61,355 nucleotides of DNA from contig CANRCE010000003.1 of the NCBI GenBank assembly GCA_947629035.1, positions 1 to 61,355 of the forward strand, given 5' to 3'. Below the pieces are notes generated by a model. That model did no database searches, had not been told where the DNA came from, and was given only the letters and a program-made list of their open reading frames with translations. A program made the position numbers and the translations under genes. This document shows positions 7,482-17,126 of this stretch, piece by piece (positions within the stretch are counted from its first letter, which is position 1; the number at the start of each line of letters is the position of its first letter). This DNA comes from an uncultured Bacilli bacterium. GTDB taxonomy: Bacteria > Bacillota_I > Bacilli_A > RF39 > UBA660.

Positions 7482-8699
7482 ATGGAAGAGTTGCAACTAA
7501 TATATTTAATTCTACAGAAAAGAAGTCTACAACCTTTATTTGCTAATGATTTAACATCAGAATATTTCACTCATTATAAAAATGTAATAGATTTCATATT
7601 AAAGTTTAATGCTGAAAATATGGAACTACCGACATTAGAAACAGTAGCAAGTACTTTTCCTAATATAGAATGGCCTGAGGAAGAAGAGAATGCTGATTAT
7701 TTATCAAAACAAATCAAAGAAGATTATGTCTATTCTAGTATAAGGACTATATTAAATAAAAATGAAGAAACTTTAAAATCAAATAGTTTTGAAGGTTTAA
7801 GTAAAATCAAAGTAGGATTAGATGAATTAACAAAGATAAATGAAAGTCAAGACGATTCAGTATTAATAAGAACTACTCACGAATTTGATAGAAATGTAAA
7901 GTATATAACAACAGGCTTTAAATTATTAGATAAACAGATAGATGGGTTTAGAGATAAAGATGAGTTAATTACTTTAGTAGGTCGTACTAGGATGGGTAAA
8001 TCTTGGATACTATTAAAAATGTTATTAGAGAATTGGAAGGCTGGATTAAATGTAGGATTATATTCAGGGGAGATGGATACAAAGGATATAGCTGATAGAT
8101 TTGATGCCTTAAATCTAAATAGGTCTAATAAAGAAATATCCGAAGGATTATATGAAAAAGATGCTACTTATAGAAGATACAAAGAAGAACTTGCAGATTC
8201 AGATACTAAGTTTGTAATAAAGACATTTAAGAAACTAAGAAGGAAAGCAACAGTACAAGATATTGAAGCAATGATAGTTAAGCACGATTTAAAAGTAATA
8301 GGTGTTGACCAATTATCATTAATGTTAGACCAAAGATATCAAAGAGGAGATACTTTAAGACAAACTTATGATAATATTTCAATGGATTTATTTCATTTAG
8401 CGGAGAAATATAATGTAGTTATTATTTTATTAGTTCAATTAAATAGGGAAGCCGCTAAAAATGAATTTCCAACATTGGAAAACATAGCAGAGTCAGATAA
8501 TGTAGCACAAAATAGTAGCAAGGTAATAGCAATAAATAGAGATAAAAATAATGTATTAACTATTAGAGTATTAAAAAATAGATATGGTCCAACAGGTAAA
8601 GATGTGAAATATACTTGGGATATTGATTTAGGGTTATTCAATGAAGTAATAAATGAAAAAGTAGAAGTATTGGAGGGTTCTGATGACATATTTATCTAA
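7482..8699 (+). CDS. DnaB-like replicative DNA helicase
   Basis: Walker A GRTRMGKSW, Walker B-like IGVDQLSLM, and LVQLNREA, typical of the DnaB RecA-fold domain. Confidence 0.85.
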   Translation: MEELQLIYLILQKRSLQPLFANDLTSEYFTHYKNVIDFILKFNAENMELPTLETVASTFPNIEWPEEEENADYLSKQIKEDYVYSSIRTILNKNEETLKSNSFEGLSKIKVGLDELTKINESQDDSVLIRTTHEFDRNVKYITTGFKLLDKQIDGFRDKDELITLVGRTRMGKSWILLKMLLENWKAGLNVGLYSGEMDTKDIADRFDALNLNRSNKEISEGLYEKDATYRRYKEELADSDTKFVIKTFKKLRRKATVQDIEAMIVKHDLKVIGVDQLSLMLDQRYQRGDTLRQTYDNISMDLFHLAEKYNVVIILLVQLNREAAKNEFPTLENIAESDNVAQNSSKVIAINRDKNNVLTIRVLKNRYGPTGKDVKYTWDIDLGLFNEVINEKVEVLEGSDDIFI

Positions 8700-9588
8700 C
8701 TTCAATTACGACAAACTAATGAAAGTAATTAGAGAAGTTCAACAAAACACTAAATACTTTAATATAATAAAAGAAACTAATGATAATATTCTAGTTAGTT
8801 GTCCATATCATAAAGGAGGGCAAGAAAGAAGACCAAGTTGTGGTATTCATATTCAAACATTAGTATATCATTGTTTTACTTGTGGAGCAAGTGGTACATT
8901 TTTTGATATGATGCAAGACATATATCAACCAATAGAAGAAACACAATTAATGAATGAAAGAGATGACGATGTCTTTACATTACCTGAAAGAGAAAATAAA
9001 ATGTTAAAATCTAAATTACCTGATGTAGTTCATTATGAATATAATGTTGGATTAACTAAATACTTACAGAAAAGAAAATTAACTAGTGCAGTTTGCCAAG
9101 AATATTTAGTAGGATATAAAGATGATGAAGTAGTATTTCCTATTAGAAATTTAAAGGGAGAGATTAGATTTTATGTAACAAGAAATGTATATAAAAAAGA
9201 ATATAAGTTATCTAATGATGATAAATTATTATATGGATTATATGAATTGTTTCAAAGAGAAAGAAAACCTAATTATTGTTTTATAGTAGAAAGTCCTATT
9301 AACGCATTAACTTTAAGAGTATGGGGCTTTAATGCAATAGCACTAATGGGAACAGGTTCTCATAAACAAATAGAAGATATAAAGAATTTACCTATTAGAG
9401 AATTTATATTATGCTTCGATGGAGATGAGGCAGGAAGAAAAGCAACTAAGACATTTAAAGATAGACTTGTAAATAAATTAGTAAAGACTGTATTAATATA
9501 TGAAGGAAAAGATGTAAATGATTTAACTAAAGAAGAGTTTAGTATCTTATTAAAGGAATGCAATATCGATGAGGAGGGATTACGATGA
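8683..9588 (+). CDS. DNA primase (zinc ribbon + Toprim)
   Basis: CPYHKGG...SCGIH...HCFTCGASG zinc ribbon. Toprim residues VESPINAL and CFDGDEAGRKA. Confidence 0.85.
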   Translation: MTYLSNFNYDKLMKVIREVQQNTKYFNIIKETNDNILVSCPYHKGGQERRPSCGIHIQTLVYHCFTCGASGTFFDMMQDIYQPIEETQLMNERDDDVFTLPERENKMLKSKLPDVVHYEYNVGLTKYLQKRKLTSAVCQEYLVGYKDDEVVFPIRNLKGEIRFYVTRNVYKKEYKLSNDDKLLYGLYELFQRERKPNYCFIVESPINALTLRVWGFNAIALMGTGSHKQIEDIKNLPIREFILCFDGDEAGRKATKTFKDRLVNKLVKTVLIYEGKDVNDLTKEEFSILLKECNIDEEGLR

Positions 9589-10553
9589 AGCAAGATTTTA
9601 CATTATATTTGGCGGCCGCACCTTCAATGTATAGCAATAAATATGTTAAGGAATATGGAGAAAGGTTATCTAATGAACATCATATAGATATTCTTTCAAG
9701 TCAATTTAATGAAAAAGAATTTATTATTAAAGGTATTAAAAATAATTGGTTTCAAGGTAAACTAATGATAGATTCTGGTGCATTTAGTGCTTGGAACTTA
9801 GGTAAGAAATTAAATAAGGATATTAGAGTTGATGTAGATGAATATATTAACTTTATAAATGAATATGGAGATTATTTTGATGTAATAGTACAAATAGATG
9901 CTGTTACAGGTAAAGATGGATTAGATGAAGGTCACGTTGAAAAACAAAAAGCAACTTGGGAAAACTTTATCTATATGAGAAGTAAAATTAGAAAAGATTT
10001 ATGGCCTAAATTCATACCAGTAGTCCATGCAGGAGATACTTGGGACTTTTTAGATATGGTTTTAAATTATGTAGATGAAGATGGAAATCATATTGAATAT
10101 TTAGGATTAGGTGGTCCACAAAACATTCAAGCAGAGAGAAATACAAATTGGTGGTTTGAAGCATTTAGTAGAATAGCAAAGAGTAGTAATCCAAATGTTA
10201 AAACACATGGATTTGGTATGACGACATTAAAAATGTTAGATGAGTTACCATTAACCAGTGCTGATAGTAGTAGTTGGAACGCATTTGGTAGATTTGGAAC
10301 TATTATAACACCATTTGGTCCAATCACTTGTAGTGATAGAAAAATGCATGAAAAGAATAACTTTAATAATTTAACGAAAGAAAAACAAGATGAAATAAGA
10401 AAATATTTAGAAGGATTAGGTTCTACTCCTGAAAAATGTTTAGCATCTATAATGGAAAGAAATTATGTTAATATGTTATATTATCAAGCATACGCTGAAA
10501 AGAAAAGAAATACTGAATTAAGTAGTAAACCTCATAGAAAAAGATTATTTTAA
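9585..10553 (+). CDS. dpdA: DpdA-like (tRNA-guanine-transglycosylase superfamily) DNA 7-deazaguanine transglycosylase candidate
   Basis: IDSGAFSAW resembles the TGT catalytic DSGGFQ box. There is a second Asp box, LTSADSSSW. About 320 aa, in a replication module. No CxCxxC zinc site seen. Confidence 0.5.
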   Translation: MKQDFTLYLAAAPSMYSNKYVKEYGERLSNEHHIDILSSQFNEKEFIIKGIKNNWFQGKLMIDSGAFSAWNLGKKLNKDIRVDVDEYINFINEYGDYFDVIVQIDAVTGKDGLDEGHVEKQKATWENFIYMRSKIRKDLWPKFIPVVHAGDTWDFLDMVLNYVDEDGNHIEYLGLGGPQNIQAERNTNWWFEAFSRIAKSSNPNVKTHGFGMTTLKMLDELPLTSADSSSWNAFGRFGTIITPFGPITCSDRKMHEKNNFNNLTKEKQDEIRKYLEGLGSTPEKCLASIMERNYVNMLYYQAYAEKKRNTELSSKPHRKRLF

Positions 10554-10572
10554 AAAAAAATAAAAAAAAACC

Positions 10573-10601
10573 TTGACATTTCTATTATAATATATTATAA
10601 T
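10573..10601 (+). promoter_or_regulatory. sigma-A-type early promoter
   Basis: TTGACA at 10573-10578, 17-nt spacer, TATAAT at 10596-10601. Confidence 0.65.
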
Positions 10602-10635
10602 TTATTTATAATATTATTAAAGGAGGGAAAATATT

Positions 10636-10854
10636 ATGATTCAAGTAACTAAATGTAGAAAATTTAAAAACAACTACAAATATGATTATTGTAGACTAAC
10701 TCTAAATGATAAAGTAGTTGAAAAATTCTTTTCTGGAAAAGATAAAGATAAAGATGTATTAGATGTTTCAGTTCAATATGATGCAGAAAAAGATGCATTA
10801 ATTATTAAAAAATTAAAATTAGATGAAGAAGATAATGAATCGACTGTATTATAA
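10636..10854 (+). CDS. hypothetical protein (72 aa)
   Basis: AAGGAGGG RBS. No motif recognised. Confidence 0.55.
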   Translation: MIQVTKCRKFKNNYKYDYCRLTLNDKVVEKFFSGKDKDKDVLDVSVQYDAEKDALIIKKLKLDEEDNESTVL

Positions 10855-10866
10855 TATGAAGGAGGA
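10845..10866 (+). promoter_or_regulatory. TGTATTA box
   Basis: CTGTATTATAATATGAAGGAGGA. Overlaps the stop of ORF 10636. Confidence 0.4.
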
Positions 10867-10873
10867 ATAAGAT

Positions 10874-11479
10874 ATGGCGATTAGTCAAGATTTTGCACAA
10901 AAGTTAAGTGAAGGTAGCGGAGGTAATTATTTTTCATTAGCAAATGATAAAGACTTCGCAGTTGTACGATTAATGTATGAAACAATTGAACAAATTGGTG
11001 AAGACATTTATGCAGTACACACAACGGACGATGGAAAGTTTGAATGTAAAAGAAAGAATTTTACAGACCCTATTTCAGTTTGTCCATTATGCCAAAGTGG
11101 TAACAAACCTAAAGCAGTTGTTTACTTAAGACTATATTTAGTTGATACTAAAGAGGCAAAGGTTTGGGAGAAGAGTTATCAATGGTATAAACAAACTTTA
11201 TTACCTGCATTAGAAGAAGTATTAAATGAAAATCCTAATGCTAAAATCTGTAATATTCCAATTAAAATTGTCCGTAATGGAGCGAAAGGTGATATGAAGA
11301 CGATTTACAATCTATTCAATAAAACACCTGATAATGTAGGACTAGCTGAATTAGGTGAACCTGCAAGCATTCCATTAAAAGAATATGATGCAAATGCTCC
11401 TATAGATGACGGAACAGCATCAAATAGTTCAAATAATGCAAACTCTGATAATGATAATGATTTATTCAGAGGTATGTAA
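10874..11479 (+). CDS. ssDNA-binding protein candidate (T4 gp32-like zinc finger, acidic tail)
   Basis: H-x8-C-x11-C-x2-C (HTTDDGKFEC...VCPLC) and an acidic C-terminus, NSDNDNDLF. Located in the replication module. Confidence 0.45.
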   Translation: MAISQDFAQKLSEGSGGNYFSLANDKDFAVVRLMYETIEQIGEDIYAVHTTDDGKFECKRKNFTDPISVCPLCQSGNKPKAVVYLRLYLVDTKEAKVWEKSYQWYKQTLLPALEEVLNENPNAKICNIPIKIVRNGAKGDMKTIYNLFNKTPDNVGLAELGEPASIPLKEYDANAPIDDGTASNSSNNANSDNDNDLFRGM

Positions 11480-11554
11480 TAAGTTTGTTTCAGTACAAAT
11501 TAGATTATAATTTCTAGTTAATGATTTTCTTTTTAAATTTTTTCTTTTATTAAT

Positions 11555-11581
11555 AAAAAGGGTCTTAAAAGGACTCTTTTT
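11555..11581 (+). terminator. rho-independent terminator
   Basis: AAAAGGGTC / GACTCTTTT stem with one G-T pair, in a T-rich context. Confidence 0.6.
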
Positions 11582-11584
11582 AAC

Positions 11585-11606
11585 TGTATTATAATATGAA
11601 GGAGGA
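11585..11606 (+). promoter_or_regulatory. TGTATTA box
   Basis: ACTGTATTATAATATGAAGGAGGA. Identical over 20 nt to the copy at 10845. Confidence 0.45.
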
Positions 11607-11614
11607 AATTGTAA

Positions 11615-13840
11615 ATGGGATTAATTTCAGGAAGACCAGAAAAAGTTTTAAAAAAGCCAATAGTAAAAGAAAAGAAGAAATCTGAACCAAAACAAAATAT
11701 CCTGACATTAATACAACAAATTAAAACTAATTTTGATAAATACTTAACACGATTTAAAGATGATTATGAAGTTATCTATAAAAGAGAAGATTTAGAAAAA
11801 TTCATCAATAATTGTGATGATATAGTTGCAATCGATACAGAAACAACCGGATTAAGTGTTGATGATAAATTAGTTGGTGTTTGTGTATATAGTCCAGGAC
11901 AGAAAGCAATTTATGTTCCAGTTTATCATATTGACTGTATTCTTAATAAGGATGTTGAAGAAGTAGCAAGTAAAGAAGACATTCATTGGTTTATTAGTGA
12001 ATTAAATAAAAAGAAATTAATTTATCACAATGCCGCATTCGACTTAAGAGTATTAAAACTTACAACAGGTGTAGATATGAATTATCCTTATTGGGATACT
12101 TTAGTTGGTGCACACTTAAGTAACTTTGATAAAAATAAAAGAAACTTAAAGGACCAATATAATATGTATGTAGCAAAAGATGATGATGCATTTGGTCATT
12201 ATTCAGATTTGTTCCAAGGAGTTACATTAGAGAAGTTACCAATTAATTTAGTCTATATTTATGCCGCTAGAGACGCTTACATGACGTATGAGCTATATAA
12301 ATATCAAAAAGGATTATTTGATAATGAATATGCTGAACAAAAGAGAGTATTTGATTTAGAGATTAAATTAACTAAAGTTATTAGTGAAATGAAAATCGAA
12401 GGTGTATATTTCGACAAAGAATATACAGAAAAACTTTCTGAAGGATTAAATGCTGAAATGGAAGTAGTTAGAAAAGAACTTTATGAATTAGTAAGTAAAA
12501 GTGTTGGAATAACATTTGATATGAAAAAGTTCGACCCTAACTCACCAGTTAAGTTAAAAGAGTTATTATTTAGGTATATGAAATTAAAATTACCTAGAGG
12601 AGAAACTTATAAGACAGTAAGAGTAGATGAAGAAACTTTATCTAAATTGAATCATCCAGTATGTGTTAAATTATTAGATTATAGAAAACTATTTAAGCAA
12701 ATAAATACTTATGTAGATAAGATGCACACAGTAGTTGATAGTGATGGATGTATACATTCAGATTTTAATAGTTTTGGTGCAATAACAGGAAGGTTTAGTT
12801 CAAGTAATCCAAATTTCCAAAACATTCCAAATGAATTTAAAAGTCCAGGAGGAAATAAATATAATATAAGAGGTATGTTTACTCCTAAACCTGGAGACAT
12901 TTGGATTGGTGCTGATTATAGTGGACAAGAGGTTAGAGTAGCCGCCGCTATATCAAAAGATAAAAATTTATATGATGCATTTGAACATGGAAAAGATATA
13001 CATGCATTCATGGCAAGTCTTGCATTTAAAATGCCATATGAAGAATGCCTAGAATTTAGACCTGAAGATGACCCTCAAGGACGATGGAAAAAAGGCGATG
13101 TTAATAAAGAAGGTAAAGCAAGAAGAAAGAAAGCAAAATCAGTTACTTTTGGTTTAGCATATGGAACAAGTGCTCAAGGGTTAGCTGAGACAATAGGATG
13201 TAGTGTTGAAGAAGCACAAGAAGTAATGGATGCTTATTTTGAAGCCTTTCCAACAATCAAAGATGCTATTAATAAAGCACAAGAATATGGAAAGACACAC
13301 GGTTATGTTAAAACTTTATTAAATAGAATAAGACCTATTGACCATATTTTAGAAGGTCCATTTGTTGTAGAATTAGCAGAAAATACTCAATATAATTTCG
13401 ACCCTGATTTAAACAGTAATGATGGAACAAGTACATTAACTGAATCATTTAAGGAAGAAATTATAGAAAATTATTCTAAATTAAAATCTTATAAAGATAA
13501 GAAATCTTATGAAGATTATTTAAGAAGACAAAACATAGTTATTAAAAATAATCAAAATAACTATAACTCAGCATTAAGACAATGTTTTAATAGTTGGGTA
13601 CAAGGTACTTCTGCTGAACAAACTAAAATAGCATTAGTAAAGATTTTCGAAGATGAAAGATTAAGAAAATTAAATGCTAGAATTGTATTGTCAATACATG
13701 ACGAAAATATTATTACAGTTCCAATTGAAAATAAAGATGAAGCCGCTAAGTATTTATATGAAGATATGATATCAGCCGCAAATGAAGTTGTTGATATTGT
13801 ATTTAAAAGTGATGTCGACTTCTATGAAAGGTGGAAATAG
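11615..13840 (+). CDS. family A DNA polymerase with 3-prime-5-prime exonuclease domain
   Basis: Exo motifs AIDTETTGL, YHNAAFDLRV and YAARDAY. Pol motifs DYSGQEVRV (A), KSVTFGLAYG (B) and SIHDEN (C). Confidence 0.92.
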   Translation: MGLISGRPEKVLKKPIVKEKKKSEPKQNILTLIQQIKTNFDKYLTRFKDDYEVIYKREDLEKFINNCDDIVAIDTETTGLSVDDKLVGVCVYSPGQKAIYVPVYHIDCILNKDVEEVASKEDIHWFISELNKKKLIYHNAAFDLRVLKLTTGVDMNYPYWDTLVGAHLSNFDKNKRNLKDQYNMYVAKDDDAFGHYSDLFQGVTLEKLPINLVYIYAARDAYMTYELYKYQKGLFDNEYAEQKRVFDLEIKLTKVISEMKIEGVYFDKEYTEKLSEGLNAEMEVVRKELYELVSKSVGITFDMKKFDPNSPVKLKELLFRYMKLKLPRGETYKTVRVDEETLSKLNHPVCVKLLDYRKLFKQINTYVDKMHTVVDSDGCIHSDFNSFGAITGRFSSSNPNFQNIPNEFKSPGGNKYNIRGMFTPKPGDIWIGADYSGQEVRVAAAISKDKNLYDAFEHGKDIHAFMASLAFKMPYEECLEFRPEDDPQGRWKKGDVNKEGKARRKKAKSVTFGLAYGTSAQGLAETIGCSVEEAQEVMDAYFEAFPTIKDAINKAQEYGKTHGYVKTLLNRIRPIDHILEGPFVVELAENTQYNFDPDLNSNDGTSTLTESFKEEIIENYSKLKSYKDKKSYEDYLRRQNIVIKNNQNNYNSALRQCFNSWVQGTSAEQTKIALVKIFEDERLRKLNARIVLSIHDENIITVPIENKDEAAKYLYEDMISAANEVVDIVFKSDVDFYERWK

Positions 13841-13843
13841 ATT

Positions 13844-14062
13844 ATGGATTGGGGAACAGAAATTTTCGGTTTAATTGCCGGAGTATTAGTAATGTTATCA
13901 TATATATTCACAGGAAAGAAACTAAGAGTAATAAACTTAGTTGGTTCTATTTTCTTTGTAATATATGGTATAAAATTAGGAGGAGTTAGTGTAGTAGTAC
14001 TAAATGGTGCTTGCATTATAATTCACCTGTATTATTTATTGAAGGAGGTAACTAAAAGATGA
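13844..14062 (+). CDS. small 3-TM membrane protein (SemiSWEET / PnuC-repeat-like?)
   Basis: 72 aa with three predicted hydrophobic helices. RBS AAGGTGG. Confidence 0.5.
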   Translation: MDWGTEIFGLIAGVLVMLSYIFTGKKLRVINLVGSIFFVIYGIKLGGVSVVVLNGACIIIHLYYLLKEVTKR

Positions 14063-14292
14063 ACGAAAAACTAATCGAAGCACTTTCAATCTTTGATGGT
14101 AAAGTTTGTAGTTTAATTGATAAGATTAAAGAAACAGACATTACTAGTCCTGATTATATGTCTTTAGTAAAAAGTTTTGATTTTACTATGGAAGTATATT
14201 CTAGACTATCTAATACTGTTCAAAGCATTCAAAGTCAAAAAGAAGCTGTTGAAATGAAAGCAGAAGGACCTGCTGAAGAAGTTGAAGTTTAG
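14059..14292 (+). CDS. hypothetical protein (77 aa)
   Basis: GAAGGAGG RBS. ATGA overlap with the upstream gene. Confidence 0.55.
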   Translation: MNEKLIEALSIFDGKVCSLIDKIKETDITSPDYMSLVKSFDFTMEVYSRLSNTVQSIQSQKEAVEMKAEGPAEEVEV

Positions 14293-14319
14293 ACCAAGTA
14301 GAAGGAGGAGAATAGTCTA

Positions 14320-15375
14320 ATGAAAGTTGAAGCAGAAAAATTAAACGAATATGTAAACATAGTTGTTAATGGTGTTGGTAAAAAAGGAATGAACCCATTA
14401 AATACAGCAATAACATTGTTAAATGATGACAATAAACTATCATTAATCGCTCAAACAAGTGTAACAACTGTTAAAGTTTATACAGATATTGATGCTACAG
14501 GATTTACTAGTTGTAGTATCGAAAACACTTTGTTTACACAATTATTATCAAAGTTATCAGGAGAAATAGAATTAAGTTTATCTGAAGGTAAGTACCTACT
14601 TATAAGAGGTAAAGGTGAATATAAAATTATAGCAGTATTTGACTATAATGGAAATATAGCATTAATACCTGATGTTAAAAAATTAGAAGTTTCTGAAATG
14701 AAGAAATTAAATTTTGAAGAATTAGTTAGGTCTATAGGAGTATGTAAAAATGCTTGTCCTGAAGACTTAAATGTTCCTGTTTTATATAATATCTATTATG
14801 GAACAGAAGGAGTAGTAGCAACTAATGATTCTAAATTAATTCGTATTCCTAATAAAACAGACTTTTTAGGAAGATTAAGTGTTGCAAACTTAAGTATCAT
14901 AACTTCTGCATTAAAAGGAGATGTTTATTATAAAATAGAAGATAAACGACTAATAATGCAAGATTCAAATAATACTTTAGTAGTAATGGCATATGATGAT
15001 TCAGAAGATTATCCTGCAAAAGATGTAGGAACTGCTGAAATGGTAAAACCTTTTGAATTAGAATATGAACAAGTAATGGAAGTAATAGAAAAAGGTAAGT
15101 TATTTATTTCACCATTTGATAGAAATATAATGCTAGTATCAATTGGAAAAGAAGGAATAACTTTAGAGAGTAAAGATATAGGATTTATTGAAGAAGTTAA
15201 ATTTTCGAGTCCTACTGAAGCAGACGAATTAAAGGATTTACAAATTAATCTATTAGACCTTTATTCAATACTAACAAGTTGTGTAAATGGACCAATTAAA
15301 ATGTCTTGTACACAAGACGGACCATTATATGTTAGTCAAGGCGATTATACAGGATTAATTAGTCTATATGAATAG
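14320..15375 (+). CDS. DNA polymerase sliding clamp (beta-clamp-like) candidate
   Basis: 351 aa, close to DnaN size. Sits between the polymerase and the nuclease, and the phage encodes its own clamp loader. No strict motif exists for this family. Confidence 0.5.
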   Translation: MKVEAEKLNEYVNIVVNGVGKKGMNPLNTAITLLNDDNKLSLIAQTSVTTVKVYTDIDATGFTSCSIENTLFTQLLSKLSGEIELSLSEGKYLLIRGKGEYKIIAVFDYNGNIALIPDVKKLEVSEMKKLNFEELVRSIGVCKNACPEDLNVPVLYNIYYGTEGVVATNDSKLIRIPNKTDFLGRLSVANLSIITSALKGDVYYKIEDKRLIMQDSNNTLVVMAYDDSEDYPAKDVGTAEMVKPFELEYEQVMEVIEKGKLFISPFDRNIMLVSIGKEGITLESKDIGFIEEVKFSSPTEADELKDLQINLLDLYSILTSCVNGPIKMSCTQDGPLYVSQGDYTGLISLYE

Positions 15376-16186
15376 AGGACTTGGAGCAGTAAGTGGTTTA
15401 TTAAGTAGATTAAATACTCCAGATATATTAAATAAACTTTCTGATGCTTTAAAGGCTGAAATAATGGGTGGAGAAAATGGAGAAAGTTTACCGTCAACGT
15501 TCTTCACCCCATCCTCTATGATATGTAAAAGGCAAATGTTTTATAAGGCAAAAGGAGAATCTCCTGAACCTTCACCTTTCGACTATCAAATGACAGGGAT
15601 GGCAGAAAGTGGTACTGATAGACATAATCGATTACAAAATCATCTAAAAAATCTAACAGATTGGGAATATGTAGACGTAGCAAAGTATATAGAAGATAAT
15701 CATATTGATTTAGAGATTGTAAGCCATATTGGAAATGAATGGAAATTACGAAATCTAAAATATAATGTATCGTTTATGTTAGATGGTATTCTACGCTATA
15801 AACCAACTAACAAATATTACATAGTAGAAATTAAAACTGAAATTAGTTTTAAAAGTAATGGAAGACAAGATGTTGACCCGTTCCATAAACATCAAGGCTT
15901 AGCATATACACAACTGCTAAAGATTCCAGATGTAATATTTATATATGAAAATAGGGACGATTGTAGTTTAAAATTTTATCTTTATACTCCAACACCTGAA
16001 GAGATAGAGAAATATTTTAGACGAAAATTAACTGATGTATTATATGCTTTAGAAAAAGATGAATTACCGCCTAAAGTAACAGTTGAGGATATTAGTTTAA
16101 CTGATGTTATTAAAACTGATAAAGTTTGCAACTATTGTCCTTATAGAATGAAATGTGGAAGGGATGATAACAATGTCAAAGGCTAA
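15368..16186 (+). CDS. Cas4/RecB-like PD-(D/E)XK exonuclease with a Cys cluster
   Basis: D...IVEIKTE nuclease core. One N-terminal Cys (MICKRQ) plus C-terminal CNYCPYRMKC, the pattern typical of Fe-S Cas4-family nucleases. Confidence 0.65.
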   Translation: MNRGLGAVSGLLSRLNTPDILNKLSDALKAEIMGGENGESLPSTFFTPSSMICKRQMFYKAKGESPEPSPFDYQMTGMAESGTDRHNRLQNHLKNLTDWEYVDVAKYIEDNHIDLEIVSHIGNEWKLRNLKYNVSFMLDGILRYKPTNKYYIVEIKTEISFKSNGRQDVDPFHKHQGLAYTQLLKIPDVIFIYENRDDCSLKFYLYTPTPEEIEKYFRRKLTDVLYALEKDELPPKVTVEDISLTDVIKTDKVCNYCPYRMKCGRDDNNVKG

Positions 16187-16586
16187 AGCAATAGGAACTG
16201 CCGCTGAAACAGCAGTAGTTAAATATCTTAGAGAAGTACATGGATTAAATAATGTAACTAGAGTTGTCTTACATGGTAAAGATGATGAAGGAGATATTCA
16301 TATTGGAGATGTAGATAACCCAGATGTCATTATAGAAGTAAAATCTAGGAAAAATGAATGTTCTTATAAAGAGGTTGAAGAATTCATAAGAGAATTAGAA
16401 GCTGAAGCAATTCATACTTGGGGAGAGTATTGGAGATTATCACGACCTACGATAAAGAAAGCATTCTTAGTAATTAAAAGACCAGGAAAAGGTAAACCTG
16501 AAGATTGGTGGTTATGTTGGGTAGATAATCATATAATAGTAAGATGTAGATTAGGTGATTATTTTATACCAAAGGAGATGAAGTAA
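16173..16586 (+). CDS. PD-(D/E)XK nuclease, Holliday-junction-resolvase-like
   Basis: GDIHIGD...VIIEVKSRK motif. ATG at 16173 is preferred because GGAAGGG lies 9 nt upstream. Confidence 0.45.
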   Translation: MSKAKAIGTAAETAVVKYLREVHGLNNVTRVVLHGKDDEGDIHIGDVDNPDVIIEVKSRKNECSYKEVEEFIRELEAEAIHTWGEYWRLSRPTIKKAFLVIKRPGKGKPEDWWLCWVDNHIIVRCRLGDYFIPKEMK

Positions 16587-17053
16587 TGGACTTAGCTGAA
16601 AAGAATTTTAAGGTTGAAAGTTTTATTAATAAAACAGTAGACGCTATATGCAAGGAATTAGATTCAGAAATCATATTTATAACAACTAATCTAAATAATA
16701 TGAGTGATTCTGATTTAATGTTAGTGTCATTAAAATTACCAACTATAATTTATAATGTCTACCAACAATTAGAAGTAATTGGAGGAAAAGCAGACACAGC
16801 AAAAATTATAGTAGAACATAAATTTAATTCTAAGTTTACAGAATTAACATCAGGAACAGTAGACTTTAAGAAAGCATTAGCAAGTAAGGAAGTTGCTGAT
16901 GATGAAATGTATGTTGTTGCTTACCAAAGAGCCTATAAATTAATTCAAGGAAAGGTACAAGCCGCATATGAATTAGTTAATAGTGCTAAAAAGATTCTTA
17001 GTGTTAGAGAAATGGAAAGAGCTAATGTTACAAATAGTAATGTAACAAGTTAG
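16586..17053 (+). CDS. hypothetical protein (155 aa)
   Basis: AAGGAG RBS. TAATG overlap with the upstream gene. No motif recognised. Confidence 0.55.
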   Translation: MDLAEKNFKVESFINKTVDAICKELDSEIIFITTNLNNMSDSDLMLVSLKLPTIIYNVYQQLEVIGGKADTAKIIVEHKFNSKFTELTSGTVDFKKALASKEVADDEMYVVAYQRAYKLIQGKVQAAYELVNSAKKILSVREMERANVTNSNVTS

Positions 17054-17126
17054 CTGTACCTAAAAACTTAACGCTAGCGACTTGAAACTAAAAAGATAGT
17101 ATAAATTATTAAGGAGGAAAAATATA

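Noticed and set aside
9611-9618. Two GCGGCCGC (NotI) sites, at 9611 and 39718, as a possible engineered or special element
   Set aside because: Both are Ala-Ala-Ala coding runs (gcg gcc gc[a/t]). They are explained by the GCWGC-avoiding Ala codon-pair usage.
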